Virus record (IMG/VR): IMGVR_UViG_3300012041_000039
Location: 1-42,247 of that record
Length of the DNA: 42,247 bases
Direction: 5' to 3' (one strand)
From: a virus
Lineage: Duplodnaviria > Caudoviricetes
Every line of letters starts with the position of its first letter. Positions within the stretch are counted from its first letter, which is position 1. Below are positions 34,680 through 42,247 of this stretch, one piece after another. The position numbers and the translations under genes were made by a program. The notes under the pieces are model-generated. The model did not search any database. It worked only from the letters and a program-made list of their open reading frames with translations, and had not been told where the DNA came from.

Positions 34680-36038
34680 CTAAACCATAGCAGAGACGTT
34701 ATTTGTTACTTTAACTCTAAACAAGTTAGTTGCATCTGTACTTTCAACCAGTTCCATTTCGATCATTTCCTGACCCTCGAATTCGCCTATCTTGAACAGA
34801 CTACCAAGATTATGCTTAAGGATCATATCCCACTGGCATTGCCTACCAGAAGTACCGTCAGCCTGAATACGCACTGCTCTCAGTGTTTGAGCTTCAGCAG
34901 CAGTTTGTTCAACAGTAAACTGTCCACTATTGGGCTTTACAAGCATCCTGATTCGCACAGTGAGATGTGTGTTCTCGCTGCTGATGACAGCGCTTGTAAA
35001 GTCGAGATCTGCACGTCCATCGGTAGTGAATATAGGCGCATAGCCTGTGTTCCACACAATCTCCCAACCAAGTATCTGACCAACAATTTGAGTGTTACCA
35101 AGGTTTGCCCACGAGCTATCAATATAAACACTACTACTACTACTTAGTGCAGCTTCAGCAGTTGGTGCTGTTAATGCCGCAGTTAAAGTACTACTCTGTA
35201 TACGACGACCAAAACCTTCAGCCGTAAATAGCACTGGTTGGTTCTGTTGACCACGCCACGTAATACTGCTCAATAAGCAATACGCAGCTTCCTGATCAAT
35301 AGGTGTTACACCATCAGTAATACGTCGTTCGTATGTCCACGTATCAAGGTCAGGATTACCAGTGGGATCACGAGTAAACGTGTAAACATACGGGCCTGCA
35401 CCTGTTGGCAATCCAGTACTTCGATTAACACTCTGTGATAACCAATTAGGTGCTTGTTCATAGAAGAAAGGTGTTTCAGGAATAGTAAACCTGACACCAC
35501 GTTCGATAACAACTTCTCCACCCTTCCACCGCTGAATCAAACCACGCAGCAACGGTGGATGATATACACTATCAATAGGTTCAACGTCCCAGTTTGCAAC
35601 AAGTATTTTCGATGTAGCAGGTACAGCCGTACCTTTACTAAGACCACCAAGCAGTGTAACAGCACTAAATACGTTACTAACAGCAGTAAACGTTTCAGTA
35701 GTAGCGTATGCATTAGGATCAGTACCACTGAGTCGTGCCGTAATACGCATTACGTTAGCAATAAATGCCGCAGCTGTTACTTGAGTATGAGGCGTATTCC
35801 AACCATCAGTACCATTGATAGCGGCAAGTATATTAGCTTGTGCCGCAGCAAGGTTAACACCAACGTTAACTTGTCCGCTAATAGCTGCTCCTGATGCAAC
35901 AAAAGTAAATACCTTGTTACCAATAGTAAAAGTATCACCTGCTGTGGGTAACGTATCAACTGTTAGATTAACACCAGCAGCAGCCGATTCTTTACCCCAT
36001 TGAAATGTTCTAAGGTCAGTTATCGCAGGACTAACCAT
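34680..36038 (-). CDS. major tail (tube) protein with inserted accessory domain
   Basis: FQWGKES start, G..PYVYTFT, TWTYE...A.C.LSSITW...V.FTAEGFG tube-like pattern; upstream of the chaperone and tape measure. Confidence 0.8.
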   Translation of the reverse strand: MVSPAITDLRTFQWGKESAAAGVNLTVDTLPTAGDTFTIGNKVFTFVASGAAISGQVNVGVNLAAAQANILAAINGTDGWNTPHTQVTAAAFIANVMRITARLSGTDPNAYATTETFTAVSNVFSAVTLLGGLSKGTAVPATSKILVANWDVEPIDSVYHPPLLRGLIQRWKGGEVVIERGVRFTIPETPFFYEQAPNWLSQSVNRSTGLPTGAGPYVYTFTRDPTGNPDLDTWTYERRITDGVTPIDQEAAYCLLSSITWRGQQNQPVLFTAEGFGRRIQSSTLTAALTAPTAEAALSSSSSVYIDSSWANLGNTQIVGQILGWEIVWNTGYAPIFTTDGRADLDFTSAVISSENTHLTVRIRMLVKPNSGQFTVEQTAAEAQTLRAVRIQADGTSGRQCQWDMILKHNLGSLFKIGEFEGQEMIEMELVESTDATNLFRVKVTNNVSAMV

Positions 36039-36342
36039 TATCTACTTCTTTCTTTTCCTCATCGTTTGGTTGTGCATTTACATGACGACGACCAGAGGAA
36101 TCTATCTGCGTCTTTTCCTGTGTATCGGTTTCTTCAGCCTCAGCTTCAGCTTTTTGTTGCGTACCATATATACGATCAGTAACACGCTCCCATAAACCGC
36201 TTCGCTCAAGCGATCCTAATTGATCAGGGAATTGACCATTTATCTTTGCACTAGCTTCTGCAAACTCTTCGTCGGTCATATCACGGTTAGGTACACCGAT
36301 TATACCTTCAACACCTAACTCATTGCCTTTATATACCCACAT
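36031..36342 (-). CDS. hypothetical protein in tail operon
   Basis: YKG...GVPNRDMTDEEF N-terminal module, acidic tail; AAGGTG RBS. Confidence 0.65.
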   Translation of the reverse strand: MWVYKGNELGVEGIIGVPNRDMTDEEFAEASAKINGQFPDQLGSLERSGLWERVTDRIYGTQQKAEAEAEETDTQEKTQIDSSGRRHVNAQPNDEEKKEVDNG

Positions 36343-36354
36343 TTAAGACACCTT

Positions 36355-36531
36355 TCAAGGAGCTACTACAGCAACAACAAAGAATGCTAAACCAAAACCC
36401 AACAGATTTATTTCTTTTAATGCTTCCGCATCATCTACTTTCAATCCAATTAATACGAAGCATATAATTGCTAGAAGTGCAAAGAAATATCTCCAACTCC
36501 ATACAAAATTACGTACCACTGGTGTGCTCAT
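36355..36531 (-). CDS. 58-aa two-TM membrane protein
   Basis: ATGA overlap with the terminator gene, AAGGAG RBS; MSTPVVRNFVWSWRYFFALLAIICFVLIGLKVDDAEALKEINLLGFGLAFFVVAVVAP*; below the track cutoff. Confidence 0.7.
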   Translation of the reverse strand: MSTPVVRNFVWSWRYFFALLAIICFVLIGLKVDDAEALKEINLLGFGLAFFVVAVVAP

Positions 36532-36971
36532 GAAAAATTAATAGGCTCCTTTATATAAACATGAAGATGCAAGTCTAACCCGACAAACGTTTTACCCCAT
36601 GTTATGTTTACGAGCGTTGGCGAACCTCCCGTCAAATCGTGGTGACTTATAGTACCACCTAACGTCAAATTGGTATTAAACTTAGCAATAATAGCATCCA
36701 TGAATGCACCAGCTATTTCTGCTGCGTATGATTGATCCGCATCAAGTATAGCTAATTGCATATGAATGTCGTATTCAGTTTCAAGCAGTCCGGGCATTCG
36801 TATTAACGGAAGCAGAGTCCATGTATTAATAAAACATGGTGTGTCAGGCAATTCACTTGCTTCAGCAGGTATAGTATGATATGCACGTATTACTCTCATA
36901 GCACGTGGCTCAGTAATTTCTATTGTTTCTTGCAAAGCTTGCAAGTATACCAGAGTATCTCTAATACCCAC
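36528..36971 (-). CDS. tail terminator/completion protein
   Basis: About 150 aa, upstream of the tube gene; TPCF...N.TLGG pattern. Confidence 0.65.
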   Translation of the reverse strand: MGIRDTLVYLQALQETIEITEPRAMRVIRAYHTIPAEASELPDTPCFINTWTLLPLIRMPGLLETEYDIHMQLAILDADQSYAAEIAGAFMDAIIAKFNTNLTLGGTISHHDLTGGSPTLVNITWGKTFVGLDLHLHVYIKEPINFS

Positions 36972-37444
36972 TAAAACCTACCAAATGTAAACTTAGTAAT
37001 CTTAGCACCTGCCAGTCTCATTCTTTCACGAAGATAAACGTCGGCCGCAACGGCAGCTTGAGACATAAATAATTTTCCTGCGAAGCCTTTACGTCCAATA
37101 GATTGTGCAAGCATATATAGTTGTGATTCTGCAAATCCATGACGTATTCCCCAACCAGCTATATGAGCTACTGTTGGTGGTGTAGCTCCTGGCGCTCTAC
37201 CATATTCTTGTACTACCATATATGCTTTTGAAGTAGTAACCTCTGCGTGTAATCCATGTACTTCAGCGTGTATACTTCTCTTACCAGCACCTAAATCTTC
37301 AGGGGCTTCATGTCTAGCTATCTGAACAGTATATTCAGCTACTTCCCTAATTATATCGTTGGCTTCTGCACCTAGAGCACGACTAAATTGTCCAAGATTA
37401 TTACGTGCTTGTTTATCACCTTGAATTTCTATTTTTAAAGGCAT
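36971..37444 (-). CDS. HK97 gp10-like neck protein
   Basis: APEDLG...RSI...Y....EYG...G.....FM..A motif. Confidence 0.75.
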   Translation of the reverse strand: MPLKIEIQGDKQARNNLGQFSRALGAEANDIIREVAEYTVQIARHEAPEDLGAGKRSIHAEVHGLHAEVTTSKAYMVVQEYGRAPGATPPTVAHIAGWGIRHGFAESQLYMLAQSIGRKGFAGKLFMSQAAVAADVYLRERMRLAGAKITKFTFGRF

Positions 37445-37800
37445 TATGGGCCTCTTGAAGGATGTATATAGACGTCACCGAAACTTAATTCAGCATCGTT
37501 GGTATCATCCCAGAGTTCATGATAATGCACGCCAGCAGGTAAATTAGTATAATCACCGGGGTTAACAGTAATAGTTACTAGATTAGTATTAGGCCCACTC
37601 TTAGAGAGTCCTCCACCGACGTTGCTATTAAGAGCTAAATACACTGTACTGCTATTCTTCTCTTTACGTATCTTCCACGTTAATAAACTGGCATTAAGAT
37701 TAACTGTATTACCCGCAGCATCCGTCACCGTAATAACATAAAATTTCCGTTCGAAACGAAACCACATATCATCTCTAGTAATATTAGCTCTTATGGCCAT
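37444..37800 (-). CDS. BppU-N-like beta-sandwich virion protein
   Basis: ITVTD..G..VNL...W.I...VTITV...D...L..G.HYHEL pattern. Confidence 0.55.
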   Translation of the reverse strand: MAIRANITRDDMWFRFERKFYVITVTDAAGNTVNLNASLLTWKIRKEKNSSTVYLALNSNVGGGLSKSGPNTNLVTITVNPGDYTNLPAGVHYHELWDDTNDAELSFGDVYIHPSRGP

Positions 37801-40800
37801 TTATAGTATCCCACTACCTATTAGTGTATCATCATGTAAGCCATTACCATTCACAAGATCATCATTCATACCATTACCTACGTTGGAATCATCGTTTATA
37901 CCCGATAGATGTTTAGTATCGGTAAGTTTACCTAATAGATGGATAGCTGTGGTAGCTATAGTCAATCCTAAAGCACTAACTATTGCAAGTGCACCAAGAG
38001 CCGCAGCACCGCTACTAGTAAACGGATGAATAGCATCACCACTAGCCGTTAATTGGCTTATACTCGCTGTACCAGTACTAGTTATTTGAAGTAATGCACT
38101 ACCAGAAGCTGTAGCTTGAAGAAGTGTGCTACTACCAGTAGCACTAAATATATTAACCGCACTACCTTGTGCAGTTAATTGATCGAGTATAGTATTTCCA
38201 TTAGCAATCTGTTGATGTAATGCAATACCGTTGCAAGTCAATTGATTTATAACACATAGAGCACTACCTGAAGGTTGCATAACAAACGTGCCGTTACACG
38301 TCAATTGACTTATAGTACAAACACCTGTGGCAGTTTGCGTAAGCACAGCACTGCCATTACAAGTCAATTGGTTTAGGGTGCACAGACCAGTACCCTCAAA
38401 GGTAAGCACTTGTGCATTACCAACACACGTCAACTGCATGAGAGTACATACACCAGTAGCGCTATGCGATTGTACAGCAGAACCTATAGCAGTTAACTGA
38501 CCAAGCGTATTGCTTCCAGTAGCCGAATAGGTTTCTAGCGCATTGCCACTGCAAGTCAATTGCTCGATTGTTACAATGCCAGTACTTGTTGGATGCATCA
38601 CAGCAGTACCCAAACAGGTCAACTGATTTATACTAGCAGCGCCAGTAGCAGTTTGAGTTTGTATTGCTATGGCACTAGCGGTTAATTTCATTAACAGACA
38701 CGTACCAGCAGCAATAACATCGAACGTAGTATTTGCGCTACCACTAGCTGTAAATTGGTTAAGTGTGATTGTACCAGTTGCTGTTTGGGCATGTATAGCA
38801 ACACCGATACAAGTCAGTTGCTCCAAGGTACACAGGGCTATAGCACTAGGCTGTAACGTTGCACTACCTGTGCAAGTTAATTGGTTTAATATACAAACAC
38901 CCGTAGCACTCTGTGCATGTAGAGCAACACCTGTACAAGTTAGTTGATCTAGTAGAGGTGCACCCGTTGCACTTGGCTGGAGAGTTGCGCTACCAATGCA
39001 AGTTAATTGCTCAAGAGTTGTAGCACCACTAGTTGTAATAACGTGCAACGCCGTGCCCGAACAAGTTAATTGCATAAGTGTGCAAGCACCTGTAGAGATG
39101 TACGACTGTATAGCTTGCCCCACAGCGGTTAGCGCTTGTAATGCGGTAGCGCCACTACTAGTAAACGGATGAGTTGCCGCACCGCTCGCTGAGAGTTGCT
39201 CAAGTGTAACGCTACCGCTGGCAGTTTGTTGATGTATAGCCGTACTCGTACACGTCAACTGCATTAACGTGCAAATACCAGCAGCAGTTACACCCGTGGT
39301 AACACTTGCTGAACCACTTGCTGTAAGTTGATCGAGTGTAGTTGCACCACTTGCAGTTTGTTCATGCACAGCGGTTGCTGTACAAGTTAGCTGATTAATG
39401 GTACATAAACCATTAGCACTAGGTTGTAGTGTAGCTGAACCACTGCAAGTTAACTGGTTAAGTAGCGGAGCACCAGTAGCAGATTGCTCGTGCACAGCCG
39501 TGCCATTAGCTGTTAGTTGTTCGAGCGTAATAGCACCGCTACTAGTGAATGGGTGAGTAGCGCTACCTATACAGGTTAGCTGGTCTAGTGTCGCGGCCCC
39601 CATAGAGGTCTGTGCGTGTATAGCACTGCCCGTGCAGTTCAACTGATCTAAAGTGCACAGACCACTAGCCGAGTAAAGCACTCCTACCGCACCAGATGCA
39701 TTACATGTTAATTGTGATAGTGTAGCGGCTCCCGATGCAGTTTGTGAAAGCACAGCCTGAGCGTTTGCCGACAACTGCGATAGCATGGGGTTGCCGCTCG
39801 AAGTAAATGGATGTGTGACAACACCTAAACAAGTCAACTGATCAAGAGTACAGACTCCCGTAGCTGATTGAGTTTGTATAGCAGCACCCGTACAAGTCAA
39901 TTGACTTATAGTACATAGACCTGTAGCTGTATAACTTTGAAGTACCACTCCACTAGCAGTCAACTGATTAAGAATTACAACACTCGTAGCACTCGGTTGT
40001 AGTGTTGCATTGCCCGTACAAGTTAGCTGTGAGATAGTCGAAGTGCCTGTAGCAGTTTGAGTTTGAAGGGCATTTCCACTAGCAGTTAATTGATTTAGCG
40101 TAGATGTACCACTAGATGTTTGCGAGTGAATAGCACTACCCTGTACAGTTAATTGACTAATTGTAACATTACCTGTAGCAGTAGGTGCAGCTACTACTGT
40201 GGCTGATCCACTTGCGGTAAGTTGATTAATCAAAGGAGTACCGCTAGCAGTTTGCTGATGCACAGCACTAGCTAATGCTGTCAACTGACTTATAGAAGGT
40301 GCACCAGTGGCAGTTTGTACGTGCGTAGCAACTCCTGATGCCGTTAGCTGAGATAACGTGGTTACAGCAGTACCACTTGGTTGCTGCACAGCAACCCCAC
40401 TAGCAGTTAACTTAGGTAGAGGCAATGGCTGCGCTATAGGTGTACCTAGTTCAGTAGGTAGTGAACTAGTAACTGTACCAGCAATACTACTTATAGTATC
40501 AACATCTCCATTAGCACCGAGATACATATTGAATACTATAGCTTGTGGTACAATGAGTTCAGGCGGAGCACCACGTGCAAGTGCAGCAAACGCAGTAGCA
40601 CCTATATCAGTATACCATATTGATACAACACCTATAAGACCATTAAACTGTAGATTAGTTGCAACTGGAGGTATCTCTCGTCCACCAATTTGATCTTCAC
40701 TAGCTGTTGGAGTACTAGGAGTATATGTAATTGTCGTAAATGCAGCTGCTGCTCCATTATCAGCCGCACCATTTAGATAGGGTGTAAGAGTATCACCATT

Positions 40801-41466
40801 AAAATCATAAACACCGCCAACACTCTGCCAAACTTTAGGAGTAACAGTAACTATTCCAGATTGTAAACGTAAAGTTTCAGCAGATGCTGCTTTGCCAGCT
40901 AATTGTACTCTACCTAGACTACTAATATTTAATCGTATGCCTGTGACTGCTTCATCTATCCAAGCTTGGAATATAGTATTACCGTCTATAGCATCAAATG
41001 AATGAAGATTAATCCAAGCATGTATACTTATTTGTGTAGCACCACTTAATATTGGATTTAGAGAATTGATACCAAGAGAATAATAATTTGCTATATCTTT
41101 AGTAAAATGACGCGACAACACTGTCCAAGGAGCGATAATAGTATGTACTGCAACGCCGCTTGCAGTTAATTGATTTAATAACGAAGCTCCTGAAGCCGTT
41201 TGAGTATGTACTGCACTAGCTGTTGCTGTCAATTGGTTAAGAGTAGCAGAACCTGTTGCACTCTGCCTATGAACAGCAACAGCTAAAGCGGTAAGTTGAG
41301 GAAGAATAGACGTACCAGTACCTATTTGTGCATGAATAGCTGTACCAGTTGCAACTAGTTGTGATAGAGTAGGAGTACCCGCAGCCGTGTATGGGCCAGC
41401 AAATACTGATGGCCGATGTCTATAGACATTTCGTCTGCTAGGAAATGAGCGACCAGCGCGAGCCAT
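37801..41466 (-). CDS. 1221-aa virion fibre-like protein: LamG/ConA-like domain within roughly 45 20-aa repeats
   Basis: Tandem xATGxxTLxQLT(A/C)xGxAxxx repeats; LamG-like ISIHAWI...WQSVGGVYD...YLNG...QIGG...FNGLIGVVSIW. Confidence 0.8.
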   Translation of the reverse strand: MARAGRSFPSRRNVYRHRPSVFAGPYTAAGTPTLSQLVATGTAIHAQIGTGTSILPQLTALAVAVHRQSATGSATLNQLTATASAVHTQTASGASLLNQLTASGVAVHTIIAPWTVLSRHFTKDIANYYSLGINSLNPILSGATQISIHAWINLHSFDAIDGNTIFQAWIDEAVTGIRLNISSLGRVQLAGKAASAETLRLQSGIVTVTPKVWQSVGGVYDFNGDTLTPYLNGAADNGAAAAFTTITYTPSTPTASEDQIGGREIPPVATNLQFNGLIGVVSIWYTDIGATAFAALARGAPPELIVPQAIVFNMYLGANGDVDTISSIAGTVTSSLPTELGTPIAQPLPLPKLTASGVAVQQPSGTAVTTLSQLTASGVATHVQTATGAPSISQLTALASAVHQQTASGTPLINQLTASGSATVVAAPTATGNVTISQLTVQGSAIHSQTSSGTSTLNQLTASGNALQTQTATGTSTISQLTCTGNATLQPSATSVVILNQLTASGVVLQSYTATGLCTISQLTCTGAAIQTQSATGVCTLDQLTCLGVVTHPFTSSGNPMLSQLSANAQAVLSQTASGAATLSQLTCNASGAVGVLYSASGLCTLDQLNCTGSAIHAQTSMGAATLDQLTCIGSATHPFTSSGAITLEQLTANGTAVHEQSATGAPLLNQLTCSGSATLQPSANGLCTINQLTCTATAVHEQTASGATTLDQLTASGSASVTTGVTAAGICTLMQLTCTSTAIHQQTASGSVTLEQLSASGAATHPFTSSGATALQALTAVGQAIQSYISTGACTLMQLTCSGTALHVITTSGATTLEQLTCIGSATLQPSATGAPLLDQLTCTGVALHAQSATGVCILNQLTCTGSATLQPSAIALCTLEQLTCIGVAIHAQTATGTITLNQFTASGSANTTFDVIAAGTCLLMKLTASAIAIQTQTATGAASINQLTCLGTAVMHPTSTGIVTIEQLTCSGNALETYSATGSNTLGQLTAIGSAVQSHSATGVCTLMQLTCVGNAQVLTFEGTGLCTLNQLTCNGSAVLTQTATGVCTISQLTCNGTFVMQPSGSALCVINQLTCNGIALHQQIANGNTILDQLTAQGSAVNIFSATGSSTLLQATASGSALLQITSTGTASISQLTASGDAIHPFTSSGAAALGALAIVSALGLTIATTAIHLLGKLTDTKHLSGINDDSNVGNGMNDDLVNGNGLHDDTLIGSGIL
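37975..40430 (-). repeat. degenerate 60-bp (20-aa) tandem coding repeat array, about 40 units
   Basis: QLT recurs every ~20 residues; DNA is diverged at synonymous sites; boundaries approximate. Confidence 0.85.
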
Positions 41467-41469
41467 ATA

Positions 41470-41982
41470 TTAAATCTCGATTACTACGTAACAAAGCGCG
41501 TTAACAGCAGCAACAGCATCAACACGTACTTTAGTAAAGAACGTTCCTGGCTTCATGTAAGGACGTTCACCTAATGGAAATTGAAGTACGTAACCTACAG
41601 CTGGATCAATAAGTTGAGCATCAAACATTCGTGAAACAGTAGGTGAGTTCTCATTGCTACTTGTATAACCAGTATTTGCTGTACCAACAAGTACTAAGTT
41701 GGTTACAGGATCACCACCTTGAACAGCGGCTTCATCAAGTCGATGAATACCGGCAGTAACATGTGCTGTTACAGTAGCTGCTACATCTTGTTCTAATAAT
41801 TCAACAATAGTTTTTGCTGCCATAGCGGCAGCATCAAAGCTAATACCCCACTCAACTATATGGGCACCAAGTGTAGCTGAAATCTGTATCTGCAACAGCG
41901 TCTTAAGCGCTGTACCCGTAGTAACTGGTACAATTGCTGCCGTTGTAGGAGAGGGTGCATTGTAGATTTTATAACGTGCCAT
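41470..41982 (-). CDS. putative virion structural protein
   Basis: 170-aa beta-rich, Thr/Ala-rich ORF with AAGGAG RBS in the structural operon. Confidence 0.6.
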   Translation of the reverse strand: MARYKIYNAPSPTTAAIVPVTTGTALKTLLQIQISATLGAHIVEWGISFDAAAMAAKTIVELLEQDVAATVTAHVTAGIHRLDEAAVQGGDPVTNLVLVGTANTGYTSSNENSPTVSRMFDAQLIDPAVGYVLQFPLGERPYMKPGTFFTKVRVDAVAAVNALCYVVIEI

Positions 41983-41991
41983 AAGACTCCT

Positions 41992-42246
41992 TTACCAAGT
42001 TGCAGCACGTTTAACTGCTTGACTTCTAACCAACGACTTAGGATAAGGTGCTGCTGCTACTTCAGCGAATTCAGCTTCAACCATAGCACAATCAAGATAC
42101 TGGTCTGGGTTAGCGTCAACAGCGGCGGGAGAACCAAATCTCAGACGCAATGCGTTTAGCTTGGCGGCCGTCCATGCAGCCCCCGATGATGGAGCTACGT
42201 CGTAACATTTACGAACATAGCGGAGAGTCGTAGTGCCTGCGATTGT
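41992..42246 (-). CDS. putative virion protein, 3' end (partial)
   Basis: Open frame ...APSSGAAWTAAKLNALRLRFG...SQAVKRAATW* running off the window edge. Confidence 0.6.
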   Translation of the reverse strand, partial: TIAGTTTLRYVRKCYDVAPSSGAAWTAAKLNALRLRFGSPAAVDANPDQYLDCAMVEAEFAEVAAAPYPKSLVRSQAVKRAATW

Positions 42247-42247
42247 C

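Noticed and set aside
37975-40430. Antifreeze or ice-binding protein call for the Thr/Cys repeats
   Set aside because: The resemblance to beetle TCT repeats is superficial: the period is 20 rather than 12 and TxT is not regular, so sequence alone does not support it.
25624-40693. + strand ORFs opposite the structural genes (e.g. 32643..33002, 33192..33695, 38669..38947, 40358..40693)
   Set aside because: Antisense shadows of Ala/Thr-rich genes with no RBS or motif support.
24073-41466. Diversity-generating retroelement or invertible tail-fibre cassette
   Set aside because: No reverse transcriptase or invertase, and no near-identical template/variable repeat pair seen. The repeats are degenerate protein-level repeats.
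1-42247. Impression that CTAG, AGCT and GTAC palindromes are abundant (no restriction-site avoidance)
   Set aside because: It cannot be quantified by eye and may simply reflect A/T-ending codon preference (CTA, GCT, GTA). A Markov-corrected k-mer count is needed.

Overview
A 42 kb piece of a tailed dsDNA phage genome, most likely a long-tailed siphovirus, with no integrase, terminase or capsid gene in view. It has two converging halves. The + strand (1-21004) is a replication and nucleotide-metabolism arm: Cas4/RecB-like exonuclease, Sak4/AAA_24 ATPase, two DUF669-like SSB paralogues, RepB'-type primase-helicase, a secreted SLT-like enzyme, class II (B12) ribonucleotide reductase with a LAGLIDADG intein, a UDG-fused family A DNA polymerase, RuvC-like resolvase, an interrupted NUMOD4-HNH, two MazG-like proteins, ThyX and many tiny Zn-finger ORFs. 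The - strand (42247-21086) is a virion and lysis arm: a 1221-aa 20-residue-repeat/LamG protein, neck and terminator genes, tail tube, tail chaperone with a -1 frameshift, tape measure, Dit, hub and tip proteins, amidase, holin-like proteins and a papain-like protease. A long hairpin separates the halves. Most notable: (i) a PolA with intact catalytic carboxylates but substitutions at several minor-groove/primer-template contact motifs plus a Zn-finger-like insert, set among uracil and dNTP-pool genes, which may indicate a non-canonical-base system; (ii) a hairpin whose loop is complementary to the tail-chaperone RBS (pseudoknot), sharing a GGGGCAAWA motif with three other intergenic regions; (iii) two genes that seem to start at near-cognate codons (ATA, CTG) through stop-start overlap with mini-ORFs. 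All family assignments come from motifs recognised by eye; no searches were run.
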